DNA of 64,000 bases. Source: Marsupella aquatica (taxonomy: Eukaryota; Plantae; Marchantiophyta). A program made the position numbers and the translations under genes. The stretch is taken from the NCBI GenBank assembly GCA_973895155.1, contig OZ316895.1, positions 7,552,184 through 7,616,183 on the forward strand. Direction: 5' to 3'. The notes under the pieces were generated by a model, which was not told the origin of the DNA, ran no database searches, and saw only the letters and a program-made list of their open reading frames with translations. Shown here in pieces: positions 23,412 through 37,349 of the stretch; position 1 is the first letter of the stretch, and each line of letters opens with the position of its first letter.

Positions 23412-26400
23412 ATGAAGTTTGCAGTGAATGCGGTGAGCTCCGGAGCTAGAGTGGGGTCCTTGGTTTTGGGAGAACTGCAGCTGGAGACGCCTTGCCTGCT
23501 GTTGTTGACGAGGAAGGGCCTGCCGGCGTTCATCACCCCGGATCTTCTGGACGCTCTGCATCCTGATGCCTCGGCGTTGCAGATCAGCCCCGTTCATTTG
23601 TGCGTTTTCCTGTCTCCTCTACGCTCTCTTGTTATCCACTCTTTGTGGAGAACTTGGTCATTACTAGTGTGCTAGATAAGAGAATGCAATGTTCCTTCCA
23701 AATCCCAACATCTCAATGTCCGCGGAAAATGAGTTCCGGTTCGTGTTCGATATGCAATAAATAGAATTCAAATGATCTTCTTGGAACGGTTTTAAAGGCA
23801 AGCAGCCAAGCTTCAATGTCCAATAATTTCGTGCCGAATGTAAAAGAATTGTGCGAAATCGGCTTAATGAGCCCTTCATCAGGAGTTGCACAACCTCTAG
23901 TTCTCGGCGTGCATGGGTAAATGTTTTTGAAAGTAATCTGATTCAACTGAAACCTCTGCATAATTTATTGAATGTAGGATGTGGTAGATAAACCCTAGAC
24001 CCCTGGATCTAGGTTTGATTATCGCAACGTCTCTCAAACTAACTAGTAACCTGGTCGCTGAAATTTATCTGAACTTTTTCCTCTTAAATACTACATAACT
24101 GCGTCTCTTCTTCCCTCCCAATTTTCCCAATGTCTCGTTATCGAGTTACCAAGATGGGCATTTTGCAAGCGGAGCTGTTTCAGAACCGGGATGATAGTGT
24201 TTTCTCCGTGCAGTTTTTCACATAAGTTTAATCGCACGATATCATTCGCAAACTAGACTACTACTCAGGGTCCGCATCGATGTTATGGTCCTGAAGATTT
24301 CGAGTGTTCTAATAATAAAAAAGGATCAGCTTGGAGAACCCTTTTCGACAATATACTAGTTCCCAAAACAAGGTCTGATAACAATTAATTGTTCATAGCT
24401 GGGAGAATCCTTCTCTAGAGCTAGCCTATCATTCTGAAAAATTTTGAGTTTTCTAATGGTCAGTGGTGTTGCAACAGTGTGGACAACCCTTCACCCAGCA
24501 TGGTAGCCGCAATTGGAGGTGCACACAAGATTTTGAGCCAGCCGAAGCGAGCCATTGTAGCGATTGCCCGCGATTCGCTTGGCCACGAGGCTGACGGAGA
24601 GAAGGGTACCAAATTTGGTGCAAGTTTTGAGACACCCAATGGGCGCCGCTTGGTACATTAAGAAGTCTTTTTCTTGTTATTGGATATCAATTTATGGAGA
24701 GTTTTTAGTTCTTGTGAATGTGTCCGTATCTGTAATCTGCAAAACTCCGGGATTCAAATGGAGCCAAGTTGATTAACAATATGGCCACTTGTACAATTGT
24801 TTTTTCCTTTGTTTCAAAGTACGATCAGTAATATTGCAATGGAAGCATGAGCGTTCACACAATACCGCAACAGTATGACTTATATCATTATCTTTAGACC
24901 TGGGTTTAGGGTTTAACGTGACGGCTGTCGAGCGAAATCAAGTGCATCCTTGGCAGTTGTAGGAATTTGTCATGTGAATCCCTTTGAACAGAGAATACAG
25001 GGAGAATAATGTCATTCTTAAGCACAACAGCGGAACTAAATGTAAGTTCTGCTGACAGATAACGCCTAAGATGTATATGGAGGCCTTGAATGCACTAAAA
25101 CCAAATCTCTGGGCGGCTCTACCGGATGAAGTACCAGCATGGGCTACTGCAAAGCGCAACAGAGTATCAGTAGACCGGACGCTCCAGTGGTTGGATGAAT
25201 GCCTCTCACTGCATGCTGTATGCTGCCCTTTCTTTCAACTCTATTTCCATGCTGCACGGAGCTGATCTATTTGAAGGATAATGCCTATCAAGGTGCCTTT
25301 GTGTGCCTCTTCTTTTCTGGCATAGATATGATATTCATTGATGAACGGTTTTTTCCAAAAGACTTCATAAGCCATTTTGGTTTGTAAGAGATCTCAGTCC
25401 TTGCAGTTCTCTTTTAGTTGTGCTGCTGGATTATCACCGGTCGTCACCCGTGATCTCAAATTCTTGGTACCAACCATTCAATGAGGTTCTAGCTAACACA
25501 GCTGGCTGTCTCAAAAGCCTTCTCATTGTCTCTTCTTTGCAACATGCAGGCCAACAATGACAATGTTCTTGGAGTAGTCGTCGGAGGGTCCAGCATAGAT
25601 GAACGGAAGCGCTCGGCCCAAAGTACTGGTCTCCGTAATGTTTCAGGTAGTGACTCAAAAATAATCCAGCAGAGAGACGGAATAAGTAATGAATGACTTC
25701 TGGAATCCTGGCTGGTTGGAATCTTACTGTAAAGGGTGACATCCTTCATCCCCTGATATTAGAGATTTATAGTGGGTATTTACAGTTAAAGGGCACCGAT
25801 GGTCATCAATTTTAACTGTAAGCCCAAAATGTAGAGACCCTAGAGCTTTGAGTGAACAGCTGCGGTCTTTTCAGAACTGCTCCATCGTATTAATGGATTT
25901 CCGCTATGTCTCTCGCCAGTAGTATGAATGAATTACCCTCGAAATATAGAAGTAGGAAACTGTAAGAATTTAGAAACTTACTCACCACTTGAAAAAGCTG
26001 TGCAAGTCCTGTCAACAGAACGGTCAGAGTATTGAACATTAGGGAGTACGCCATTTTTATCAACCTTAGGGAGCAGCTTCGATAGATTCAGGCTTTAAAA
26101 TAGTGGCTTTTCTCCTAAGTTCCCTTAGAATTCAGCGTGCCTCACAGAGACATTCTCGTGTGCATGGACTCAACCACGGGTAAATCGGCTCTGATGTGTT
26201 TCAGGATATTCTCTGGGTGGATTTGGACTCGGTGAAAATCCTGAAGACCGAGGGTCACTTCTAGAAACTGCCATTGTATGGCCACATATTTTAGTAGGCT
26301 TGAACTGAGTGGCGCTGCTTTATTGTGACGCTTTTCGTTACAAGATGAACATTTGGATAGGCCATCGTAATGGTGATCTAGGCTAGTTAGGAGACAGTCA

Positions 26401-27839
26401 GATGACTCATTGTTGTGCTTCTTACTTCTCGCAGACAAATTTGCCGGCAGATAAAATACGTCATGTCAGTGGCCTGGGCATGCCTGGTGAGTCTCTCTTG
26501 GCAAATTGCAAATTCGGTGACTTATTGTGTCTGCATCTGCATAGCCCAAATGAATGAATAGTGAGAAATATTCTAAGACGGCCCGTGCCTTGTTGTCATG
26601 ATCCCGGAGCTGTGTTATTTCACTCAGTCATGAAGAGTGTTTTTAGCTTCATCCTGGTTCTCTTCTAGTTTGTTCCTCCGTCAAAGACTTTCACTAGCGT
26701 GAACTAACGCGGATGAGAGGTTTCAAAAGAGGGTTTTTTGGTGCAAAAATTGAGTTTGGTGTTGTTGCTGTTTGCTTTATTTGCAGAAGAGGTGCTTCAC
26801 GCGGTCTCATTTGGCGTTGACCTTTTTGACAGCACGTATCCAGCTCCTTAATGTACCTTACGCCTATTGTCTGAATGGATCTTCAACGCTTTCTGTTGAG
26901 TTAAGCAAATTTTACAAGCAAATTCAAACTTAACGTATTGATCAGTTATCCTCACATGCTCACTATGGGAGGTTTTGCAATGACCTTTCCTTTGAGTATG
27001 GAAGAAAAAAATGGCTACATCAGCAGTAATACATCTTGCGAGGAACGAGCCGATGCTGGTGCTGATTCTGCAAAAATTAATCTGTTTTCTGTTACTCATA
27101 GGTATGGCTTGTATTGCTTCAGTCGTGTAGCTAAAGATGAAGTATACATAACCTTGACTGGTCCTTCTCTAAGAGACTGTCGTCATGCAATGCAGTGCAC
27201 ACGCAACTACACGCATGGAGGTCAATCCATGGCATATAATGAGTGGATACTATCATTCTTATGAAGCTTCTTATGACTCTATTTTCATTTTCGCTTTTGA
27301 GGCATTTGGTGGCGACTCAGTGGTCGGACAGCCAAGCGCCTTGGCACAGATAATGCATTTTAAAGAAATTGTCTGTTGTTTGCAGAAACGATGTCTCTCC
27401 AATATTGAAAGGCTGTCAGTGTTATGCATGTCGTAAACATACGCGAGCATATATCCACCATCTACTCAATGTGCATGAAATGCTGGCCCAGACCCTACTT
27501 GACATGTAGGTCGCATTTTTTCCACAAAACATTTACTTCAGTCGTCAATTGAATTCTATTTGTGTTATATCAGATTCATGTCTTCTGTGAAGGGTGGCCT
27601 CCTGAACTTACAGCCTAGGGCATAGCATGCTCAACTGGACTTCATTCTATGAGAATGTGAGTACATACTAATGAGAGTATTGGATCCGTTGCAGACACAA
27701 CTACCATCATTATTTAAACTTCTTCCAGGCTATAAGGGAAGCTGTTGCCAAAGACAACTTCGAAAAGTTTAGGCACTGGTTCATCAGCCAAAGACGAGAT
27801 ATTGTGCTGTCTGTTGCTCTTACAGCAAATAAAATATAA
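23412..27839 (+). CDS. QTRT2: Queuine tRNA-ribosyltransferase accessory subunit 2; exons 23412-23599, 24478-24652, 25059-25217, 25550-25646, 26205-26275, 26435-26486, 26787-26835, 26946-27101, 27386-27505, 27695-27839
   Basis: MKFAV...ARVGSL...ETPCLLLLTRKGLP, RVSVDRTLQWLDECL, GYSLGGFGLGE, GVDLFDSTYP, Zn site [34 protein letters not shown]; consistent GT-AG phases. Confidence 0.93.
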
Positions 27840-30800
27840 TTTTTTGTCAGATGGCGGACTTTTTGTGACTAGTCTCGATTTTGTCAAATGATCTTCCTAT
27901 CACTACCCATGCAGTAGCAATAGTGCCGTCTTGGATTGAGTAGAGTCGTTAAGATTGTCCAAAATAATTGGAGCCAACCAAATTCATTATTGAAGCGCAA
28001 GGCTTTTAAGCATCGCATATTGCACTTAACTACACTAAACCTTGGAGACCAGGTTGGGCATCAGTGAATCAGGTTGTGCTAAGTTTCAACGACAGGGAGC
28101 TTACACAAGTCATTGAAATATGAATTGACGTCGCAAGTGCACCCTACATCCCATCAGAGACCCAGAATGCAAATCCTGCATCCATTTCAAGTCTTGAGTT
28201 ACTAGTGCGTTCCGCTTCCACTCCCCTCATCACTCTATAAGGTATACCAGACCACAGAATGCAATCTTGGGACATATGCCGGTTGACAGTCTGGATATTA
28301 ATATTGTGAGTTAATTGTATTGCATCCGAGCACGGTGCAGTCTATGCTGGCCACCATTCTGAATTTAAGTCCATCCCTTTTCACCACTGACAGTTTGCCT
28401 CACCACCCGCCTCACCATCGTCCTTCAAAGCTCAATTTATCGCTTACTTAACCACGGTGATGCATTTTCCTCATTTTCAGTACTTTCACCACGTCAGATT
28501 AAATCAATCGCTCGGTTCTTGCTCTGAAATCCTTATGTAACTCAGAAAAGAGAATATTGTACATATGTCAATGACGGCATCACAGTCATGAAGGAGCTGA
28601 ACAATGAAGAGATGTGGGTGGACGTGGACATGTGCCATTGTACCAGGCGCAAGAGCATGGACGAATGAATGATGTAATTAGTACAACAATATGAACTGTT
28701 TCCGAATTTGGTGTACTCTTATGAACATTGTGGATGGACGAAATTAAAGTCTTCATGCAATCCTATAGACACCCACGTGAGTGAAATGACCCGAAGGCCG
28801 TAGAAAAACACAGTGGAGAGTGGCAGGTGGTGGGCCTAGAAGAAACCCACTGTGAAGCATGATTGTAGGGTGTCGCCAGACTTGATCGGCTCATCATTCA
28901 CGGGCGTGTCTTCTTTCCAGCCTGTTTCTATTCGCGGCAAGCGCAGCCGGCTTGCAAGAGGATGATGTTGCCGTCAAGTCACACAGCCCACATGATTGCG
29001 GCACTGTCTCATACTCTCATCTCATTGTATTTCCCAACCTTGCGGGGTCTTATTAGTACGGGACTAGAATGTGAATTGATAGCCCTTGCCCGTGTGCTTT
29101 GTCAGGAATCAGGATGGTTATCCCAGTAACGACGTGATTGCGGAGGTGGCCTACTCCTTAATTAGTGGGTTGCGCATCTTCTAGTAGGGGCTCAGATCGC
29201 CGAAGTTCACGAGACATGTAGGGAACCTAGGTACTACAGCTTCCGCAGCATCATTTTACTGTCGTCTGTCAATTGTACGACTACAGCAACTAAATCATAG
29301 CTAGGCCAAAGAGTTCTCGTCTATGACTAGCGACAACGAAAGACCACATGTCTTGCTTTTAGGACGAGAACTTTTAGCCACTAATGTTACCGTCCGAGAA
29401 GTACAGTAATTGCCAGATGGTGATTGACATCAGATTTTCACAGATTACAACCTTGGCTTGGCGTTCAGTGTCTGACATAAGATCTAGAGAAGGTAGACTT
29501 TTGAGGACTTGTAGACTGTTAAACGCAATGTTGATGTCTTAATACACCTGTAGTCGTTGATCACACGAGGAGAGCACCTCACCATCTTATCCATTTCGTT
29601 CATCCATTTCCGTTTTGGCTACAGAACTATGTAGCAACTGTATCACCACCTCAAGCTAACAGTAAAGATTAAGAAGTTCTGATGCGGGGCAAACTTTCGC
29701 TTCTGCAAATTCCATCCATTCTACTGGATAGCCTCCTAAAATTTCCTGAAGATTTCAGGACTGTACAAAATTGTTATGTGCTGATTATTTAATTTCCTGG
29801 CTCCAGATTTTGCCATCTTTGTACCCGGCGTGCGGAGAAGAGGAGGACTTCCTCTACATTCTGTCGTTACGTTGGCTTCTGTTTTCTCTGTCTCAAATCT
29901 CATTTGTGACTTTCAAATCCAGAAACCAACTCTACTGTCCATGAGCCCATGGCATTCCTAGACACTTTCAATCAACCACTTGTGGGAGAGGAAGACAACA
30001 TCTTAGAGTGGCTCTTGAGCTACATTCAGCTGTATTTTTACCTTTTTCATATCATGGTTCTCGAAGGAGGCTGATTAGCCCGAAGCAGATTGTGTAGTAC
30101 GACTACCTTGAAAGTAGGAAGGTCGATATATATAGAGAGCTCTATATTAGGGTAGTACAGTCAAGTAGATACTTTGCCTCCACGAAAGAAAGACTTGTGG
30201 CTACCACCCTCGTGCTGCGTTAGCTGGCCAGCGTCTTCGGACGAAGCGATCTCTTGCATCTATTAATGAAAGGCTTCACCTTTCTATCTTGAATCCGGCA
30301 TGAAATTGGAGAAACGTTATTACAGGAAGTATTTTTGCTTAGGCAATATATCTTTCGGGCTGGGCAGGACGGGCCATCAGCAGCTGCTCAAAATCGAAAA
30401 TCCGATTTAAAGTTAGTCGCTGCTGAAGAGTACTTTCCTAGCTATCCTCCATGTCGAACAATAGTTAATCCGCTGTACTCGGGAACTGAATTCGTTATGG
30501 ATCAGCTGGTACTAAATGTCACATGCTGCAACGTTGAGTTGCGTCAGTAGGTGTCATCGCCTTGCGCCGGCATGATTCGCGGCTTACATGGGTTGTTTTA
30601 CCTACCACTCGTAAGAAACCTACTGCCGCCATTAGGATAGATATGCCACATGAAAGTGTCAACTAGCAAGCTGGGCTTGTTCATTTATATGCACTTTCCG
30701 TCTTGTACCATCAACTAGAGGACTGTATTGTGCAGGTCTCCGAGCCCAAAAGCTTCGTATCTGTCCGTGAGACGATGGGAAGGGAATTGAACTTTGTCCA

Positions 30801-32771
30801 AATTTCGGTTGGGTGGACAAATCTTGAGAGATCAGCGTCCCAAGGCCCTCTGCATTTTCGTAACCTCGAGCAGGAAACCTTCCCGGGTGTCGCTGTCCCA
30901 TGGTGTGGCGTCATAACAATTATCTACACTGTCTCTGACTGAGTGCAAGGAATTCTGATACTAGAGAACGTAGGGATAAAGCTCGGCTCGTTCGTTATAA
31001 GTCCAAAGAGGATGGATCATATCCAAGGCGTGCATCGTCAGTTCGGAAAGACAAGTAATTCCTCACGTAAAAGTATTATCGGTATATGATCAAGGCTGAG
31101 AGGCAAGGAGGTAAGCAAGGTACCGTACTACCTTGCGGATTCTAGTCCATTCAATGCTCGGCCCATGTTCGCTGCATGCAGTGCAGTACGTACCTACAAT
31201 GGAACCAAGCAGCTCGTTAGGGTGCACGCCTGCTCGGCATTTTGAAGACACGAAAATGGCAGAAGTAGATTCCATCTATTTGAATTGAACTCATCTCCCT
31301 CACTGGGATAAAAAGCGCGTCCATGATGAAAGCTGTCCATTGCCATCCACTGGGTTTTTATTGCCTAATAAAAGCACTGTTCAAGGCAGAACAATGAATT
31401 CAGTTATGCTGGAATTGCATTAATTTGTGAAGCTACCCAAACCATTTCCCCACTCACACTGAAGATAACCTAGCTACATACAATCCACGCATCGCTAGAG
31501 ATATTCTAATCCAAGGGCCAAGAAGGGACCGTTAGACCACCCGAGGACTCGAGAAAGAATCACACGGGAAAAGTCTCCAGAGCGCTCCACATAAAGAACC
31601 CGAACCGTAGGACCTAAAGAATTAAGTACAAATTGAGTCATGCACAGATGCCGTGACTCTCAATAGACGTACAACCTCTAAATTGTTTCATTGCTCCGAT
31701 TTCGGTCCGTCATCCCAGCTCCGGGTCATAGCCAAATATATCCCAAGTCTAGAACTCCAAACACAGATGGAGGGATGGAGAGTGGAAGGAGCTCACGGCA
31801 CTGACAAGAATTTCGAGGACATGAAGTCAGAGGTCGCATCACACTCGAGTGCAACTTCTGTGTGCACATCTAAAGTTGCTCTCGGAATGAGCTCATTGGG
31901 CATCACAGCCTATTTTGCCTTGCCATTGAATTGAAGAATGCACATCTGATCATAGTGGAAACCAATTGGCCTCTGGTGCATTGTTGATGTGGTAAAATTG
32001 TTCTTTTCATTGCAGCAATTTGCATCTTCCTTGTATGATCGAGGAAATGTGCTTTCGGTGACAGCTGAGTTGGCATTCAATTCTCTCAGTGATAAGTTTT
32101 GAGAAAACGAAGCTTTCATAGCTAGGACACGGTGCAAATCTGGAGCTCTGGCTAGCTCCTTGTGTCGTAATTTGTGGGTCTCTGTCAAATTCCATACGGC
32201 AGATCGTCCGTTTGCTCGACATCAATCAGTTGAACCACGAAGAACTGGACGGACCGGTCATCAAAAGAAACCATCGTACAGATTTAAAAAACCCATATTA
32301 CACTCGACGTATAGAGTAACCAGGGCGTGTCAAACTATTGCACTAAGCGCAAATATTTCAAATCATCTATGTTTGCAAAGCCATTCTAAATGGCAATATC
32401 TATTTGCGCGAAATCATTTATAACCTTGTCTTCATGATTGAATTAGCTAGGCCATTTTATTCAAAGCTCATGTTTGCTTTTTAGAAACAAATCTGTGTAA
32501 CCACTTCTCAAGTTTGATGAATCACTTTCAATAGAAGTCTATGTTTATGCTCTTCAATAAATCTGCAAATTATTTGTCACCTCATTTCATAGTTTGTTGA
32601 ATCATGCTTAGTCCCGTGTTTCTCTTGCTTTTTGTTCATGAATCATTTGTGAGGTCTTAATCATGCTCCTGTCCCAAGCTGTGTTTGTTGTAGCGTACTT
32701 ATGACTTGTGAATCGTGCTTCACCTCACAAACTTATTTTGCGTCCCTGTTTGTCTCTGGTGTGCAAAGATC

Positions 32772-35400
32772 ACGATGGACGTTCAAGAGAGGTATTTCAA
32801 GTGGACAACAAGGAAATTGATGATAGTAGTGATAGTAGTAGTGACGACAATTCTACTATTGACCTAGACGTGCAGCTCTTTGTCATATTGGCAACAGCCA
32901 TGAAAGCTTACTTGACTATGATGGAGTCCTTTGAGCCAACAGAACTTTCTTGTGAGAACCACACTTATGTGATCCACAATTTTTGCCGGTACTGAATGTG
33001 ATTTACTCACAAGACACATTGCCACTTGTAGCAGTTTAAGGATTTGACAAATTTCACACCTGAGGAATTTGAAGAACTATCCTGTCTAGTATGTTGGACA
33101 TTCTTGCAATATGCAAGATCCTCAGGCAGACAGTCATGCTATTTCCGGCAGCCCATGTAAATTGTCACCTGAACAACTGGTTGGATGAGTTTTGTGCTTT
33201 ATTTGAAGCACGACAACACAGTGAACTTTCATGTAAGTAGTTGGAATTAATTGGTGTGACAATGCCTTGTTTGTGGCTACCTATGTCAATCAGGTAATCG
33301 CTAAGGAGATTAGAATGATGGTCATCTCAGGAGGAGCAAAGATCTTTAGGGCAGGAACAAGAAGCCTTAAAGTATGAGTCCAAGGCCCAAATTCTTTTTT
33401 CTAAATTTTTATGATTTTCCAAAATATCATACAAAAACAAAGGCAAACATCATCATATATTTTAAACTTTTACTCATTGCTTTTCACAACACAATTGAAA
33501 CACAGCTTTAGATAGAAATTTCTTAATAATTGATATTTATGTATTATTATGCAAAACAAGTCTCAATTTTAGAGTTTGGGTTCAAAGCTCATAGGCAATT
33601 TAAATTGTCTTAGAGAAATAATGTTCTTTTGGATTGAATAAGTAATCAACAAGCACAATCAGTGAATCACATGCCTTTGCTCGCCAAAAATCAGCACCCA
33701 ATCATCCCTAACAACCTATTGCTAATTGTTAATTATGCATCGCCCTTTGCCTTCTGGTGCTCACATGCCGTCGCTTGCCGATTGCTCTCGATCATAGCTC
33801 GCCCATTGTAGCTCACCACTTGCCGATCAAGGATTGTTGCTTACTCAACTTTGTCATTTGCCCTCTTGAATCTTCAGCTTTATGAATCCAAAAGCTTCAT
33901 GAATTCGTGAATTCAAGCTCTGTTGAAAATTCCTAAACTTTGATGCTTAGATTTTTTTCATGAATTCATGAAAAGGAATCAGGTATAAAAGTTAAAGAAT
34001 CCTAAAAAGAACCCAAGAAAGACAAGAAAACACTAAAAGATGGTTTTAAAAATATCACTCAAGCCAAAAAAATTGACAAAAAACATGGTGCCATAAAAAC
34101 AAAGAGACTTATGATTAAGATTGATTGATTGCCCCAAAAGTCAAATGCACTAACTCAAATAAAGACAAAGAGATAACATAAAAGATTACTTTGCAATAAA
34201 GGACAAGAAAGTTACACTAACTTCACTAAAGACAAAGAGACTTATTATAAAGATTAGTAAAATGTTTTAATTTTATTCACAAAACCTTGGAATAAGAAAC
34301 TAAGAATGATTGTTTTCCTCTAATTGAACTTGAGTATTCCAAACTAGGAATATACGTAAACTTTGGAGATTTGGAAATGAGTGAGTAGGGAACCATTGTA
34401 AGTTGAGTTTTTTTAGATTTGAAGACATGAAAAATTATTAATTCATGAATTCATGGACCATTTGTTAAAAAGGGTTTAAGAATATTTATTTCATAATTGG
34501 TTTTGTGTGAGTTAGTTCAATGACAAACAATCAAATTCAAAATTCATTTGTAATTTCTAATATAAATTTCAAGTGTATTGAATATTTTTTATTCTAGTAA
34601 ATTTTAAGATGGTATTTTAGGGATAAATTACTCAAAAGATCTCTTGAACGTGTGTAAGCAAAAATTGTAAGTATACAAAACAAATGATATGGAGATTATG
34701 TTTGTTGTGGTGACCTATTTTGTGTTTCTCAGTACTGAAACAATAATATTTTGAGATTTTTAAAAAAAATTACTAGAGTTTGAGCTTATTACTCATTGTT
34801 TTTGGCTCCTTGTTCAGGTCATTCCTTAGTTTTTAGGTCGTATTGGCATTGTGGATAGAACTCTTGTTAAAATTAAAAGACCTTTTGAGGATCCTAGACA
34901 TAAGAGCCTGCATAAGAGATGGTACCAGGGTGTGTTGCATAAATTCAACCGTGGTAGTTGATCACAATGGTTTGTTCATCTTCATACATTCAAGATATCC
35001 AAGATCGTTTCATGATTGCACAATTTTACAGAATTCTTGGGTTGAAGCAAGCTTCCAAAATTTATTTGTGAACACTAGAGAATATTGGGAGTTTCTTATG
35101 GGTGATTTAGGCTATAAAAGAATGGAGGCTCACTATATTCTGAGTTATCGCAACAAAACTGAAATTTTCACTTTGTGAGTCCCTCGTGGAGCAGTCAGAT
35201 CATTTAATAAGGTGCATGCAGAGTACAGAGTACAAGTGCAGTGGGGAATTAGTGGATTGAAGATTAAATGACATTGTCTGCAAAAATAGTGGGGCCTTTG
35301 TAGGCCCATATTCAAAGTTAGATTTTCATCTACGACCCTCCTTACAAATTTTATTGATTTCACAGACGTAGACAAAATATGGATGGACACGTGGTAGACC
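32772..35400 (+). pseudogene. Decayed PIF/Harbinger DDE nuclease, split by an insertion
   Basis: Fragments GRIGIVDRTLVKIKRP (cf. GxIDGTH), YPRSFHDCTILQNS (cf. PGSxHD), FLMGDLGY (cf. GDxGY), FNKVHAEYRVQVQWGISGLK, with many stops and frameshifts. Confidence 0.75.
33356..34814. mobile_element. AT-rich non-autonomous TIR element inserted in the Harbinger remnant, apparent 4-bp TSD CAGG
   Basis: cagg|aacaagaagcc...atgagt at left and actcat...ggctccttgtt|cagg at right; removal restores the Harbinger frame (..SLGQVI..). Confidence 0.65.
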
Positions 35401-37349
35401 CTAGGAGCCATGCCAAAGAGATACGGATGGCTATTGAGACTGGTTGCCCCTTTGTTGTCTAAGTTCTCTTCTTCGCAGCTGATTTCTTGACATATCTTCA
35501 ATTTTCCATTAGATTTGAGGCATCAATTTTCAACACTTTCCATAAAGCAATTGAGCAGTTAGTTTCAGTAGTCTCAACCGAGATGACCTCAATTCAAAAT
35601 GTCTTACAAAGTCTTTAAAGCTTCATTCCTTGGGATACCACATGATCACCAGGAAATTTTTGTGGAGACCATGGGCACAGGTGACATCTTTCAATCATGT
35701 CATTGGTGACATCCAGAATTGAATTGCTTACCACACAAGAGATGTCAAAGATCCAAAAGAATCAATTATATTTTACTGTCAAAATTGTTTTTGGTGTTGT
35801 TTCATATGCAAACTACCCTCACATTGACAAGGTCTATTAAAGAATCCTTTTGCCACAAATGCAATTTCAAAGCACGCTAAAACTTTTTCTTAGTGAGCCT
35901 CTTCACACTTGCCAGACATAGACTGGAGAGGTTATTTAAACTCTGCGAGACAAAAAGATTTTGGAATGAGATCCTTTACATATTTATGATATCTTTTTAT
36001 GCATATCAAGTCTTTTTTTGTTCTTCATCTTTGTTTCAACCATATCAAAGGAGCCAAACACACATATGTATTTTTTCTCCTTCTTGTTCCAGGATAGAGT
36101 ATTCTCTTGTACGTGGATTCTAATTATAATTTTGTTTTATTTTTTTGTGATTTCTAGCACACCATATAACAAATAAATGATAACTTAAAATTTTCAAAGA
36201 AGAATAATAAGTTTGATATAAATTACACTAAAAATAATGTAAATTCTCTCAAGTATAATGTGGTTCTTGTTAATTGTAGATTTGATGAGCGTATATAATT
36301 TTGTCAATTACAAATCAACTTGGTTACAAATGATTGAATTTGTAATCCAATCACTAGGCTATCTAGGAAACTAGGAAGTTTGGGATTGCGGTGAAGAAGA
36401 ATGATCCATTGGTTCACTAATGGGCTTGACACCCCTGCAAATTTTTGCATGACTGCTCCAAAGAGTGACCATTGTTGGGTACGGATGACACCCCACGTAC
36501 GAAGACACCGTACCAACATCCGCTCCTCTATTGACCAAGATGCATGAAGTCCAATGGAACGTTTGTAAACAGGATATAATATCGTCATCCGTTTCTAAAC
36601 GAGATATAATAGTATCATCCGTAGCGATAGCAACTGGAATTTGATACGTGTCATACGGTAATAGGAACAATATACAACGATAATTAGTGGTACCAACGGA
36701 TTAATTAACGACAATGTTGAGTTAATTTTGGATGGTTTAACGGAACCTAACCTAAATGCACAGAAGTTTAACGTCAAATAAGGAAATTTTTAGAACACTT
36801 AAGGTGAACAAAAAACAATTAAAGTTACTGTAACTTTTGGTAGCGACCCTTGCTATCAAAATTATTCCATTTTTGAATCAATGAAACTAAACCCAAAACA
36901 TTGCAAAATTCTCAATAAACCTCTAGAATTGGATACTGGAAACTATAATTTTTGATAGCGAAGGTCGCTATCAAAACTCGTTACCACTTTTTTGGAATTT
37001 ATAGTAGATTTCAATGATATTAGGTTCAATACGAATCTTTTTTAGCATAGTTAATGATCGCTAGCAAAAGTTATCGTTCTTTATTATCGTTGTATATCCG
37101 TTGGCAGATACTATTCGTTACTGACCTTGTAAAAAGACGACAGGTGAATCCAATGGATATGTACGTTTGGTCGGTCGGTCTTTGGGTTGGTCGGTCGATT
37201 GTGAAAGGGCCCAAACCCGGTAGTACTTAGTGATGACTTATAATTGCGTATATAAGTAGAAAGACAAGTAGGTGTAGTAAAAGTGTTTGGATTTTCAAAT
37301 TTTTTATTTTTGTTAGTTCTAATAAGTGGATGCGACAACCGGAGGCCGG

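Noticed and set aside
31770-31900. gaaggagctc and a short hairpin suggesting a miR159/319 precursor
   Set aside because: No match to the mature sequence beyond a few bases, and the stem is too short.
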